Shown here: positions 54,709 through 64,000 of the stretch, one piece after another
How positions within the stretch are numbered: position 1 is the first letter of the stretch
Layout: each line of letters opens with the position of its first letter
Assembly (NCBI GenBank): GCA_963697895.1
Contig: OY969100.1
Span: 1,824,001-1,888,000 of the forward strand
DNA from: an uncultured Methanomicrobiales archaeon
GTDB taxonomy: Archaea; Halobacteriota; Methanomicrobia; Methanomicrobiales; Methanospirillaceae
DNA: 64,000 nt
Reading direction: 5' to 3'
Notes under the pieces: generated by a model
Seen by the model: the letters and a program-made list of their open reading frames with translations, nothing else
Told to the model about the DNA's origin: nothing
The model's database searches: none
Translations under genes and position numbers: made by a program

Positions 54709-57010
54709 TTACGGGGTATTGTCCACGGGTTCCCGATCTTCAGGCTCGAGGCCAGCCGCCTGGCGAAGGCCGTTCAGGAGGGTAAGCGCGCCCTGCTTGT
54801 CGAGGGGCTGGTTGTCGTTTCCGCATTTTGGAGAGTAGATACAGGAAGGGCACCCTTCCTCGCAGGAACAGTCCTGTACCAGCAGGCAGGTCATGTCCGC
54901 CAGCTCCTCGAAGATGGTATACGCATGCTCCGCGAGGCCGATCCCGCCCTCGAACCCGTCATAGACAAAGACGGTCGGCTCCCCTTGTTCTCCCTGGGAT
55001 GGCACCGAGAGTCCCCCGATGTCCCAGCGGTCACACAGGACATAAAATGGCATCACCGCGATCAACGCATGTTCAACACCGTGAAGACCTCCCCCGAAAT
55101 CCTCTCCTCTGGCCTGTACCGCCGTTTCAAGGTTCTCCGGTATCCCAAACCAGATCGCCTTTGTCGGGAAGGACAAGGGGGGAAGAGAAAGCGGTTCGAT
55201 GGCGATCACGGTATCGTACTGCATGACTTTATAAGCCGTGTAGTGCTCCGTCACCAGCACCTCGCCATAGGAGAGCGGGATGTCACCCAGGAACCGGCGG
55301 GATAGTTCCCTTGTGATCGCCACATCCACCGTTTTTAAGGGTTTTGTATAGTAATCGACATCCGCCGGTTCGACCCGTATCAGGTGGCGGCCGGGGTCCA
55401 TCTCCCTCACCAGATATTTTTCACCCTGGTGGAGCATGATCGCTCCCGGGTGCGCCTCGCGATAAGCCTGGGCCCGGTCCATCGTTTCAAGGAGGCTGCC
55501 CGTCGCAGACGACCGTAAAATGTTCGCTGGAGATCGCTCCGAGCGCGACCAGCTCCGCGGGCCTCCGGGTACCGGAATACAGATAGCCCCGCCGCGTGGG
55601 GCTGATCAGGTGCTGGGCAGCTAATGAGTCTATAAGGGGCGGGAGCTGTTCACCGAAGAATTCGCGATCCCGGTCCGGGATGAGCGGAAGTTCCGATGCC
55701 GCGCACAGGGTCTGGCCGGTGAGGATATATGGGTTATTGAGGTCGATGATCGCATGTTCATGCGGCGCCGAGAAGAATGATCCCGGGTTTTTCATGAAGT
55801 ACTGATCCAGCGGGTTCTGGAACGCCACAAGGATTGCAAGCGATTCGGCAGAGCTCCGCCCCGCTCTTCCGGCCTGTTGCCAGGTGGACATCATCGTTCC
55901 GGGATACCCGGAGAGGATCACCCCGTCGAGTGACCCGATATCGATCCCGAGTTCGAGGGCGTTGGTCGAAACCACGCCCCTGATAACTCCGTTCTTCAGT
56001 TTTCGCTCTATCTCTCTCCGTTCCTCCGGAAGATATCCCGCCCGGTAGGAGGCCACCTGTTCCGGTGATCCCTTCCGTTCCGATAACAGCGCGTCCTTCG
56101 TCCAGAGGGTGATCAGTTCGGTAGTTTTCCGGGCACCGGTGAAACAGAGCGTCTGCAGGCCATATTCCATGCAGGCGACCAGCAATGCACTGCTCTCGCG
56201 GTGTGCGGAACGGGTGGATGTCCCGTCGTGGAATGGATTATAGAGGATAAAACGTTTTTCTCCCCGCGGAGAACCATCGTTCCGTATTACCCTGCAGGGG
56301 GTACCGCAGAGCCGCTCCGCAAATTCCCCCGGGTTTGCCAGGGTTGCCGTCGAGAGAATGAACCGGGGATCGGCTCCGTAATGGCGGCAGATGCGTCGGA
56401 GTCTCCGGATAAGAAGAGCCACGTGTGACCCGTATACGCCCCGGTACCGGTGCGCCTCATCTATAACCACAAACTGGAGGTGAGAGAGGAACCGGCTCCA
56501 CTGATGGTGCCAGGGAAGGATCTGATGGAGTTCATACGGGTTTGTCATTATCAGACGGGACCGTGAACGGATATCGGGACGTCGATCTCTTGGGGTATCG
56601 CCGTCGTAGATGGCCGCGTGCAGGGGTATCCCCGTTCCCCGTTCGATCTCCCGGACCCCGTGCAGCTGATCATGGGTAAGCGCCTTCGTGGGGTAGAGGG
56701 CAAGCGCGGTCGCATCAGGATCCATGAAGGCTTTTTCCATTATGGGAAGTGAAAATGCAAGGCTTTTTCCCGAAGCCGTCGGGGTTGTCAGGATAATGCT
56801 TTCCCTGGCCCGAAGTGCTGCTATAGCTTCGCTCTGGTGGCTGTAGAGGCTTATTCCGCGTGACTCAAGGTACTCGCCGAGAGGGGAGGGCAGTGGGCTT
56901 TCAGGCTGTTCGTATACGGCCGTTTTGGGAGGAAGAATCTCGATATGGGTGATACATCCGGAAAACCGGGGATCATTCCGGAGGTGGGCGATCGTTTCAG
57001 TGACACTCAT
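54709..57010 (-). CDS. DEAH-box helicase with DUF1998 (MrfA/YprA/Hrq1-like; +1 frameshift near 55495)
   Basis: TPTASGKS, DEAH, STNALELGID, QQAGRAGR; C-terminal C...CSCEEGCPSC. Confidence 0.9.
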
Positions 57011-58079
57011 CGGATTCCTCCCGGAGATGGAAGAAAAGGCGTGCGAGGGTCACGATATCCTGACGATTATGCCTGACGATCGGCAACAACGGACCGGGAT
57101 TTCCCGTGGTCAGGTACGTCTGATAGAACTCGGGAACCATGCTGCTCGGGATATCCGGGGTCCGGTCGATACCGAAGATCCTGCGTTCGAGCGTGGTAAG
57201 CCGGCAATCCGGAAAGTGCTGGCGGTACCGGCGGCGGGACGGCGCGAGGAGGTCGTAGTGTGGTGCCGGGACCAGAGAAGACTCCCCGTAAAATGCATAC
57301 CGTTCCTTCAGGTAAGGGAGATCGAACGCCCTGCCGTTGAAGGATACCAGTACCGGATCCTCTCCGAAAAATGCCCGGGTGGCAAGGAGTGCCGGGAGTT
57401 CCTCCTCCATGGAGCGGAGGATATACTGGGAGATCTCGAGGCAGCCGTCAGAGACCCGTGCAAGGCCAAAAAGGATGATCGGACGGGAGAAAAACCCGAG
57501 GGTCTCCAGGTCGATGAATAGGAAGGACGGAACGTCGTGGAGATCGGCGGTGCGAAGCACCAGGGGATGAGAGGGAGGATGTCGTCGCTGAACCAGCCGG
57601 AGTATCTGCTCCGGACCCCCGCTCCGGAGAATCTCCAGGCAATCGGCCGCCGGCCGGGCGAACCTCCGGTGATGAAGGAGCTCTTCTATCCGATGATATC
57701 CCCGTCGTCGGAGAAGGTGAGCGGTGCGAAGACCGATCCCGTGGACGAGGGTAAGATCCTTGTTAAGGCTCTCCACGAAATCCTCTTTCCGGGGAACGGG
57801 GATCTCCATGGGTTCGGTGCTCCGGACGCAGTAACAGGGACCTTCCTCTGTCTCCTGATCGGCTCCGTCCAGCACCTCCTCGAGCGTTTGTCCGTTATGC
57901 CGATCGAGGAGGTCCTGCTTCACCTGTTCTGCCCGGCGGTACTCCGACTCAAAGACGAATGAATCAGAGAAACTCGTGCGGAAGAGCGTATCATTCTTGA
58001 TGAGCGTATAGTCATGGGACTGGTCGAACCGTGTCCGCCATTGCCTGCTGATCGCATCGTAGACCAGGGGTGATGTCAT
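56997..58079 (-). CDS. RNase_H_2/DEDD exonuclease with HhH motif (MrfB/YprB-like)
   Basis: LVHGIG, FIDLETLG, SFNGRAFDLPYL, HNRQD. Confidence 0.85.
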   Translation of the reverse strand: MTSPLVYDAISRQWRTRFDQSHDYTLIKNDTLFRTSFSDSFVFESEYRRAEQVKQDLLDRHNGQTLEEVLDGADQETEEGPCYCVRSTEPMEIPVPRKEDFVESLNKDLTLVHGIGLRTAHLLRRRGYHRIEELLHHRRFARPAADCLEILRSGGPEQILRLVQRRHPPSHPLVLRTADLHDVPSFLFIDLETLGFFSRPIILFGLARVSDGCLEISQYILRSMEEELPALLATRAFFGEDPVLVSFNGRAFDLPYLKERYAFYGESSLVPAPHYDLLAPSRRRYRQHFPDCRLTTLERRIFGIDRTPDIPSSMVPEFYQTYLTTGNPGPLLPIVRHNRQDIVTLARLFFHLREESDECH

Positions 58080-58387
58080 GGCTCTGCTGACTCTTAGTCA
58101 GGGACCGGACATATTGAGTATGCAGCGCGGAAGGTGAAAGTGATAAAGGTATGATTCTGGCTCACTTTTCAAAATCCACTCCATTAAGAGTGAACTTCGA
58201 TTCCGTGGCAGATGAAATAGGCATTCTTTCCCGTTCACACCCCGCCGTTAGGTTTATTCGTGCAGGGCACATGTGGGTCCATGTCGGTTCTGTCGGAATA
58301 TCCCGGCTGCCAAAGGGATCGGATGATTCATACGAATGGGTATGAACAAATACCGGTTTCCCTGATCTCCGATATGGGTGTTTGAGT

Positions 58388-59954
58388 ATGACTGCTGACA
58401 GGAAGATTACCTATACGACCATCCTCGATGACGAGGAGATCCACCGGAACTACGATGCTGCCATGGCTGATGTCGCGGAAGAGCTCGGAAAAGAACATCC
58501 GTTGTTCATCGGGGGGAAAAAACGAATGGCAGACCGGGAATTCAAGACAAGGTCCCCGATCGACCGGGATATTGTCATTGGCACGTTCCAGAACGGCGGC
58601 AGTAACGAGATTGAAATGGCCATTGCCACCGCAAGGAGAGAATTTCCGGGATGGGAGGCAACGGACTGGCGGGATCGTACCCGGATGATCCGGTCAGCGG
58701 CGGACCTGCTGGAGGGCAGGGTGTTCCGCCTCGCCGCGCTTATCACCTGCGAGACCGGAAAAAATCGTTATGAAGCAATTGCGGAGGTGACCGAGTCGAT
58801 CGATCTGATCCGGTATTACGCGGGTATCTACGAGCAGAATCAGGGATACCGGACAAGGATGGGAACGGATGAGCCGGGGGGAGGCAGTGAGAGCATCCTC
58901 CGGCCCTTCGGGGTATGGGCGGTAATATCCCCGTTTAATTTCCCTCTCGCCCTTGCGGCGGGTATGATCACCGCGGCACTCGTCACTGGTAATACCGTCG
59001 TATTCAAGCCCACCAGCGAAACACCGCTCTCCGGCCTCCGCCTGTACGAGGCGCTGGTTGAAGGGGGAATTCCCCCCGGGGGCCTGAACTTCGTGACCGG
59101 ACCGGGGGAGATCTTCGGCGAGGTTATCACCTCCCATCCGGATGTTGCGGGTATCGCGTTTACGGGTTCCCGTGATGCCGGTATGTGGCTGCAGCGGAAC
59201 CTTGCACTCCGCCAGGCATGGCCAAAACCACTGGTCGCGGAGATGGGGAGCAAGAACCCGGTGATCATTACCGCCCGTGCAGACCTGGGAAAGGCAGTCG
59301 AAGGGGTAACCCGTGCGGCTTTCGGCTTCGGGGGGCAGAAGTGCAGCGCCACCTCCCGGGTCTACGTTCATTCGACGGTCGCACAGCAGTTCATCGATCG
59401 ACTGAAAGAACGGGTGGAGAAGATCGCGGTCGGTGATCCCCGGATAAAGGAAACGTTCCTCGGTCCCCTGATGACCGAGAAGGCACTGAACACGTTCCTG
59501 AACGCGGTGGTGGAGAGCCAGAGAGACGGAGGTATACTGGTAACTGGCGGAAAAGTGATCCCGGGCAGGGCATATGAAAGAGGATATTATGCGGCGCCCA
59601 CGATCGTCTCCGGACTTCCGCGGGATCATCATCTCTGGAGGGATGAGCTCTTCTGCCCGTTCCTCCTCGTCAATACCTTTGAAACCCTTGAAGAGGCCCT
59701 CGATATGGCAAATAATACTGATTTTGGTCTCACATCGGGTATTTTCTCCGAAGATGCCCGCGAAGTCGATTATTTCTTCGAACACATCCATTTCGGCGTG
59801 AGTTATGCAAACAGGGAGGGAGGTGCGACAACGGGCTCCTGGCCGGGGGTACAGTCCTTCACCGGATGGAAGGGGAGCGGTTCGACCGGGAAAGGAGTCT
59901 GGAGGACCCTACTATCTCCTCTCGTTTGTCCGCGAACAGGCACGTACCCGGTGA
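58388..59954 (+). CDS. Aldehyde dehydrogenase, P5C-dehydrogenase-like (+1 frameshift near 59900)
   Basis: ISPFNFP, FTGS, EMGSKN, GQKCSA, ELFCP; corrected end GGPYYLLSFVREQ. Confidence 0.85.
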
Positions 59955-59971
59955 AGAAAGTGGGTGATCAT

Positions 59972-60740
59972 ATGCGGGTGAAGGGGTTTCTCATCGATAT
60001 CGACGGCGTTCTGACCGTCGGAGGTCGCCCGATCGAGGGTGCGGTCCAGCTGATCGCCGGACTCGGCGTTCACGGAATCCCCTTCCGCTGCATCTCGAAC
60101 GCCACCCGCCGGTCCCGGAAGATGATCGCGGACGAGCTCGGTGAACAGGGTTTTTCGATACCGGCATCGGCACTATTCACCCCCCCTGCGGCAGCGATTG
60201 CGTACATGCGCGAGTCCGGGAAAAACCGGGGCTTCCTTATCAGCACGGGGAATATCGATCCGGAATTCGAGGAGGCCGGGATCATGCTCCTCGATGTCGG
60301 GGTGGATTTTGTGCTCATCGGCGATGCTGGCAGCCGCTTCAGCTGACGAGCTCCTGAACCATGCATTCAGACTGGTGCTCGACGGTGCAGAAATCCTCGC
60401 ATTGGAGCGGGACCGGTACTGGATGGGGGCCGATGGTCTGATGCTTTCAGCCGGGCCGTTCGTTGCGGCGCTTGAATACGCGACCGGGAAGACGGCGCGG
60501 GTGATGGGGAAACCGTCCACCGGATTTTTCTCCATGGCTCTTCACGATATGGGGATGCCGGCCGGAGATGTGGCAATGATCGGGGATGATATCACGACCG
60601 ACATCGGCGGGGCGAAGAGATGTGGAATGCAGGGCATACTCGTCCGGACCGGAAAGTTCCGGCAGGAAACGCTCGATTCGGCTGAAGTGCAGCCGGATGA
60701 GGTGATCGACTCGATCGCCGGGTTGGGGCGTCTTCTCTAA
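59972..60740 (+). CDS. HAD-IIA hydrolase (LHPP/TIGR01458-like; +1 frameshift near 60345)
   Basis: DIDGVL, MGKPS, MIGDD..TDIGGA, VRTGKF. Confidence 0.85.
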
Positions 60741-60819
60741 ACGCCCGACAGATTAACCTTAAGATCGAAATTACGTGTTGGGAAAATCGGCCTACCGCCG
60801 AAATCGGTACGGGTCCGTT

Positions 60820-61737
60820 TCAGGTATCCATCCGGATCAGGGACGGCAACAGAGTCTCGTCTCCGGGAACTCCGCCGGACTCCGCGATTCGCTCGAGCGA
60901 ACGCATACAGTACGAGAGGGAAGAGTCGATTCCGATGAACCGGCGACCTGACTGCCAGGCGACCAGCGTTGTCGTGCCAACCCCGTTGAACGGGTCGAGG
61001 ATGATATCCCCCAGGTAGGAGAAGAGCTTCATCAGCCTCCTCGGGAGTTCCTCGGGGAACATCGCCGGGTGACCATGATCCTTCATCCGGCGCTCGGGAG
61101 GAATTGTCCACCGCCCGATCACCCATTCCTTGAACTCGGTCTCGGTGATATCGATATCCTCCCGCCGCCCGGCCTTCTTATGGGTCTCCTTGTCAAAGAC
61201 CTCGATGAACTCCCAGGTATACTTCAGGTACGGCATCGAGGGGGACTTCCAGCTCCCCCATGCCGTGTATTTTGCATTGTAATTGTGTTTTTCCCAGAGG
61301 ATCTCCGCTTTCCAGAGGAACCCGGCATTCCGCAGCTGGCCGGAGATTATATGGTGGGTCGGCATATAGTCGGAGAAGAGAGGCTGGACATTCACGGCGA
61401 TACGACCACCCGGACGGAGGACCCGGTAACATTCATCCCAGATCGTCCGGAGTTTCCGGAAGTATTCGTTCCATTCATGGGTATCGTCCTGTTCGTCCTG
61501 TGCATACGCCTGCCCGAAGTTGTACGGCGGGGAGGTGATGATCAGATCGATGCTGTTCTCCGGCAATCCGGCAAGGACGCGTTCGGCATCCCCGCAGATG
61601 ATGGTGTTGACAAATGGTTGTATCTCCGGAGGTTCCTCCGTTCGCACGGAATGTTTCGCCCCGCCGGTACCGTTCCGGACCCGTGCCTTCCCCTTCTTGT
61701 CATGCACCTTCTCTGGGCGAGAACCGGAAAACGCCAT
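60820..61737 (-). CDS. Site-specific DNA methyltransferase (N4-C/N6-A, beta class), apparently orphan
   Basis: Motif IV ITSPPY precedes motif I LDPFNGVGTT; HPAMFP. Confidence 0.9.
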   Translation of the reverse strand: MAFSGSRPEKVHDKKGKARVRNGTGGAKHSVRTEEPPEIQPFVNTIICGDAERVLAGLPENSIDLIITSPPYNFGQAYAQDEQDDTHEWNEYFRKLRTIWDECYRVLRPGGRIAVNVQPLFSDYMPTHHIISGQLRNAGFLWKAEILWEKHNYNAKYTAWGSWKSPSMPYLKYTWEFIEVFDKETHKKAGRREDIDITETEFKEWVIGRWTIPPERRMKDHGHPAMFPEELPRRLMKLFSYLGDIILDPFNGVGTTTLVAWQSGRRFIGIDSSLSYCMRSLERIAESGGVPGDETLLPSLIRMDT

Positions 61738-61899
61738 TATTCCACGTATAACATTTTCATGGTATAACCCTTGGCATTTTGAAGGGAATTTCACGGTCTG
61801 CGCTCCCGGTGGGCAGGAAGCGTGGAGGAACTCTGAAACCCGGATGGAACGGTCAAAAGCGTTTAAAGGCACCGGGTCCTATACTGTGCAGGTTTCGTT

Positions 61900-62631
61900 A
61901 TGCTGGATATAGAAGATCTGCATGTCAGCATCGGGGAGAAGGAAGTTCTCCATGATGTCAACCTGGAGATCAAACCCGGGGAGACGCACGTGCTCATGGG
62001 CCCCAACGGATCGGGGAAGAGTACCCTGCTCATGACCATCATGGGATTTGCAAATTACACGGTCACCAATGGAAGGATCCTGTACAAGGGTGAGGATATC
62101 ACCAACCTCCCGATCCATGAACGGGCGAAGCGGGGGATTGGGATGATGTTCCAGCGACCTCCGACGATATCGGGCCTGAAACTGGGGAAGCTCCTGGTGG
62201 CCACGTCGGGGAATAAACCCGAAGAGGTTGCGTCATATGCTCATGAGCTGCATATGGACCGGTTTTTGGAGCGGGACATCAACAAGGGCTTCTCGGGCGG
62301 GGAGATCAAACGGAGTGAAGTGTTGCAGCTGCTGATACAGCGGCCGGACTTCGTGATGCTCGATGAACCGGAGAGCGGGGTGGACCTCGAGAATATATCG
62401 TTGATCGGGAAGGAGATCGGGCAGCTCCTCGAAAAAGACGTGCATCTGATAAACCGGAAAAAGAGCGGGCTGGTCATTACCCATACGGGATATATCCTCG
62501 ACTATCTGGATGCGGACCGGGGCCACGTGATGTGTGACGGTGAGATTAAATGCCACGGAAATCCCCGCGAGATCCTGAAAGAGGTTAAAGCACGCGGGTA
62601 CCGGGAGTGTCTTGAATGCACGCAGATATGA
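61900..62631 (+). CDS. sufC: SufC (SmsC) Fe-S assembly ATPase
   Basis: GPNGSGKS, FSGGEIKRSE, LDEPESGVD. Confidence 0.9.
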   Translation: MLDIEDLHVSIGEKEVLHDVNLEIKPGETHVLMGPNGSGKSTLLMTIMGFANYTVTNGRILYKGEDITNLPIHERAKRGIGMMFQRPPTISGLKLGKLLVATSGNKPEEVASYAHELHMDRFLERDINKGFSGGEIKRSEVLQLLIQRPDFVMLDEPESGVDLENISLIGKEIGQLLEKDVHLINRKKSGLVITHTGYILDYLDADRGHVMCDGEIKCHGNPREILKEVKARGYRECLECTQI

Positions 62632-63734
62632 AGAAAAAACCCGATCTATCAGAAGAAGACCGCGAACGGCTGGCCCAGTCGGGGATCGAGCTATCCATGG
62701 CCAACCGGTGCGGGAGTTATCTCCAGATGAACCAGGATGTCGTCCATGCAACGTGCCAGGAAGAGGGTATCGAGGTCATGTCGATCGCCTCAGCCCTGAA
62801 GAAATACGAATGGATAGCAGACTATGCCTGGAATCTGGTCCCCAAGGACAAGGATGAATATACCCGGTATGTTGCCAATGTCGACCAGCCGGTGGGATAC
62901 GTGATCATCGCACGGAAAGGGAGCAATAATATCCTACCCGTCCAGGCATGCCTGTTTCTCGGGCAGGAACAGATACAGCACGTCCACAATATTCTCATTG
63001 CGGAGGAAGGGGCCGAACTCCATATCATATCCGGGTGCGCGAGCGGGCAGCATGTCGGGAAGGGTGGAGCTCATTACGGTATCAGCGAATTTTACGTCGG
63101 GAAGAACGCGAAGATCAGCTTCACCATGATCCATACCTGGGGAGAGGATATTGAGGTGTACCCCCGAAGTGCAGCGAAGGTTGAAGAAAATGGTGTTTTT
63201 CTCTCAAATTATGTCTGCATGAAGCCAGTGCACAAGATCCAGATGTACCCGACCGCACATCTGGTCGGGGAAAATTCCGTCGCACGCTTCAGCAGCGTGG
63301 TGATTGCAACGGAGGGTTCTTCGATGGATCTCGGGTCCCGGGCTATACTGGGGGCCCGAGGGGCAAGCGCGGAACTCATCACGCGAGCGATTACAAAAGG
63401 CGGCACGATCATCTCCCGGGGGCATATCCACGGCAAAGTCGAGGGGACGAAGGGTCATCTCGAATGCAAGGGTCTGATCCTGAAGGACGGGACGATCTAT
63501 GCAATCCCCGAAATAGAAGGATCGGTGGTAGGGACCGAGCTGTCCCACGAGGCGGCGGTCGGTAAGATCGCCCGGGATGAGATCGAATACCTGATGTCGC
63601 GCGGGCTCGACGAGGAGGCAGCGACCGCAACGATTATCAGGGGATTCCTCGATGTCAAGATCGCCGGACTTCCCGATGCGCTCCAGACGCAGATCGATGC
63701 AACGATCGATGTCGCCGAGAAAGCGGGTTTCTGA
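62628..63734 (+). CDS. sufB: SufB/SufD-family (SmsB) Fe-S scaffold
   Basis: [30 protein letters not shown]...YLMSRGL. Confidence 0.9.
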   Translation: MKKKPDLSEEDRERLAQSGIELSMANRCGSYLQMNQDVVHATCQEEGIEVMSIASALKKYEWIADYAWNLVPKDKDEYTRYVANVDQPVGYVIIARKGSNNILPVQACLFLGQEQIQHVHNILIAEEGAELHIISGCASGQHVGKGGAHYGISEFYVGKNAKISFTMIHTWGEDIEVYPRSAAKVEENGVFLSNYVCMKPVHKIQMYPTAHLVGENSVARFSSVVIATEGSSMDLGSRAILGARGASAELITRAITKGGTIISRGHIHGKVEGTKGHLECKGLILKDGTIYAIPEIEGSVVGTELSHEAAVGKIARDEIEYLMSRGLDEEAATATIIRGFLDVKIAGLPDALQTQIDATIDVAEKAGF

Positions 63735-63772
63735 CGGTGCCCCGGGTATCCCGGTGGCTGGAGGGCGAAACA

Positions 63773-64000
63773 GTGCCGGATGATTCCCGAAGAGAAGAGC
63801 GCCTCCTGATGGTGGAGACACAGATAGAAGCCCGGGGCATCCATGATCCCCGGGTACTGGAGGCGATGCGGGAGACTCCCCGCCATGTATTTATTCCCGG
63901 GGATCTTTCCGGAGCCGCGTACCATGACCGCCCGCTCCCGATCGGGAAGGGACAGACGATATCACAACCCTACATCGTCGCGCTCATGACTGAACTCCTG
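63773..64000 (+). CDS. pcm: Protein-L-isoaspartate O-methyltransferase (partial, runs off the window)
   Basis: [28 protein letters not shown]...[28 protein letters not shown]. Confidence 0.9.
   Translation, partial: MPDDSRREERLLMVETQIEARGIHDPRVLEAMRETPRHVFIPGDLSGAAYHDRPLPIGKGQTISQPYIVALMTELL

Noticed and set aside
58382-60346. Apparent aldehyde dehydrogenase-HAD fusion (654 aa)
   Set aside because: Produced by a +1 shift near 59900. Correction restores the GGPYYL end and a stop at 59954, and the HAD has its own ATG at 59972.

Overview
This is a 64-kb archaeal chromosomal segment, most consistent with a Methanomicrobiales methanogen (thermosome, TiaS, Trm5, deoxyhypusine synthase, RibK/RibL, archaeal thiolase/HMG-CoA synthase/DUF35, POR, SufBC). 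The first ~18 kb are accessory: PAS/receiver signalling genes, a HAMP-Roadblock-Roadblock-receiver operon, a complete IS1595-family element (TIRs plus 8-bp TSD), a visibly AT-rich island with five overlapping class-III-signal-peptide (pilin-like) genes facing a large Ig-like/VWA surface protein, HicBA, a degenerate ~397-bp duplication, and an RNase H-like gene. The remainder is mostly housekeeping. It also carries a stand-alone NrdD-type glycyl-radical domain, a family 1 encapsulin with a ferritin-like cargo, an MrfAB-like helicase/exonuclease pair, an orphan DNA methyltransferase, and four intergenic tandem arrays, two of which are seeded on a neighbouring gene's last codons and stop. About a dozen single-base frameshifts, several in essential genes, are most likely sequence or assembly errors. 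No rRNA, tRNA or CRISPR array was recognised. All family assignments come from motif recognition by eye, not database searches.
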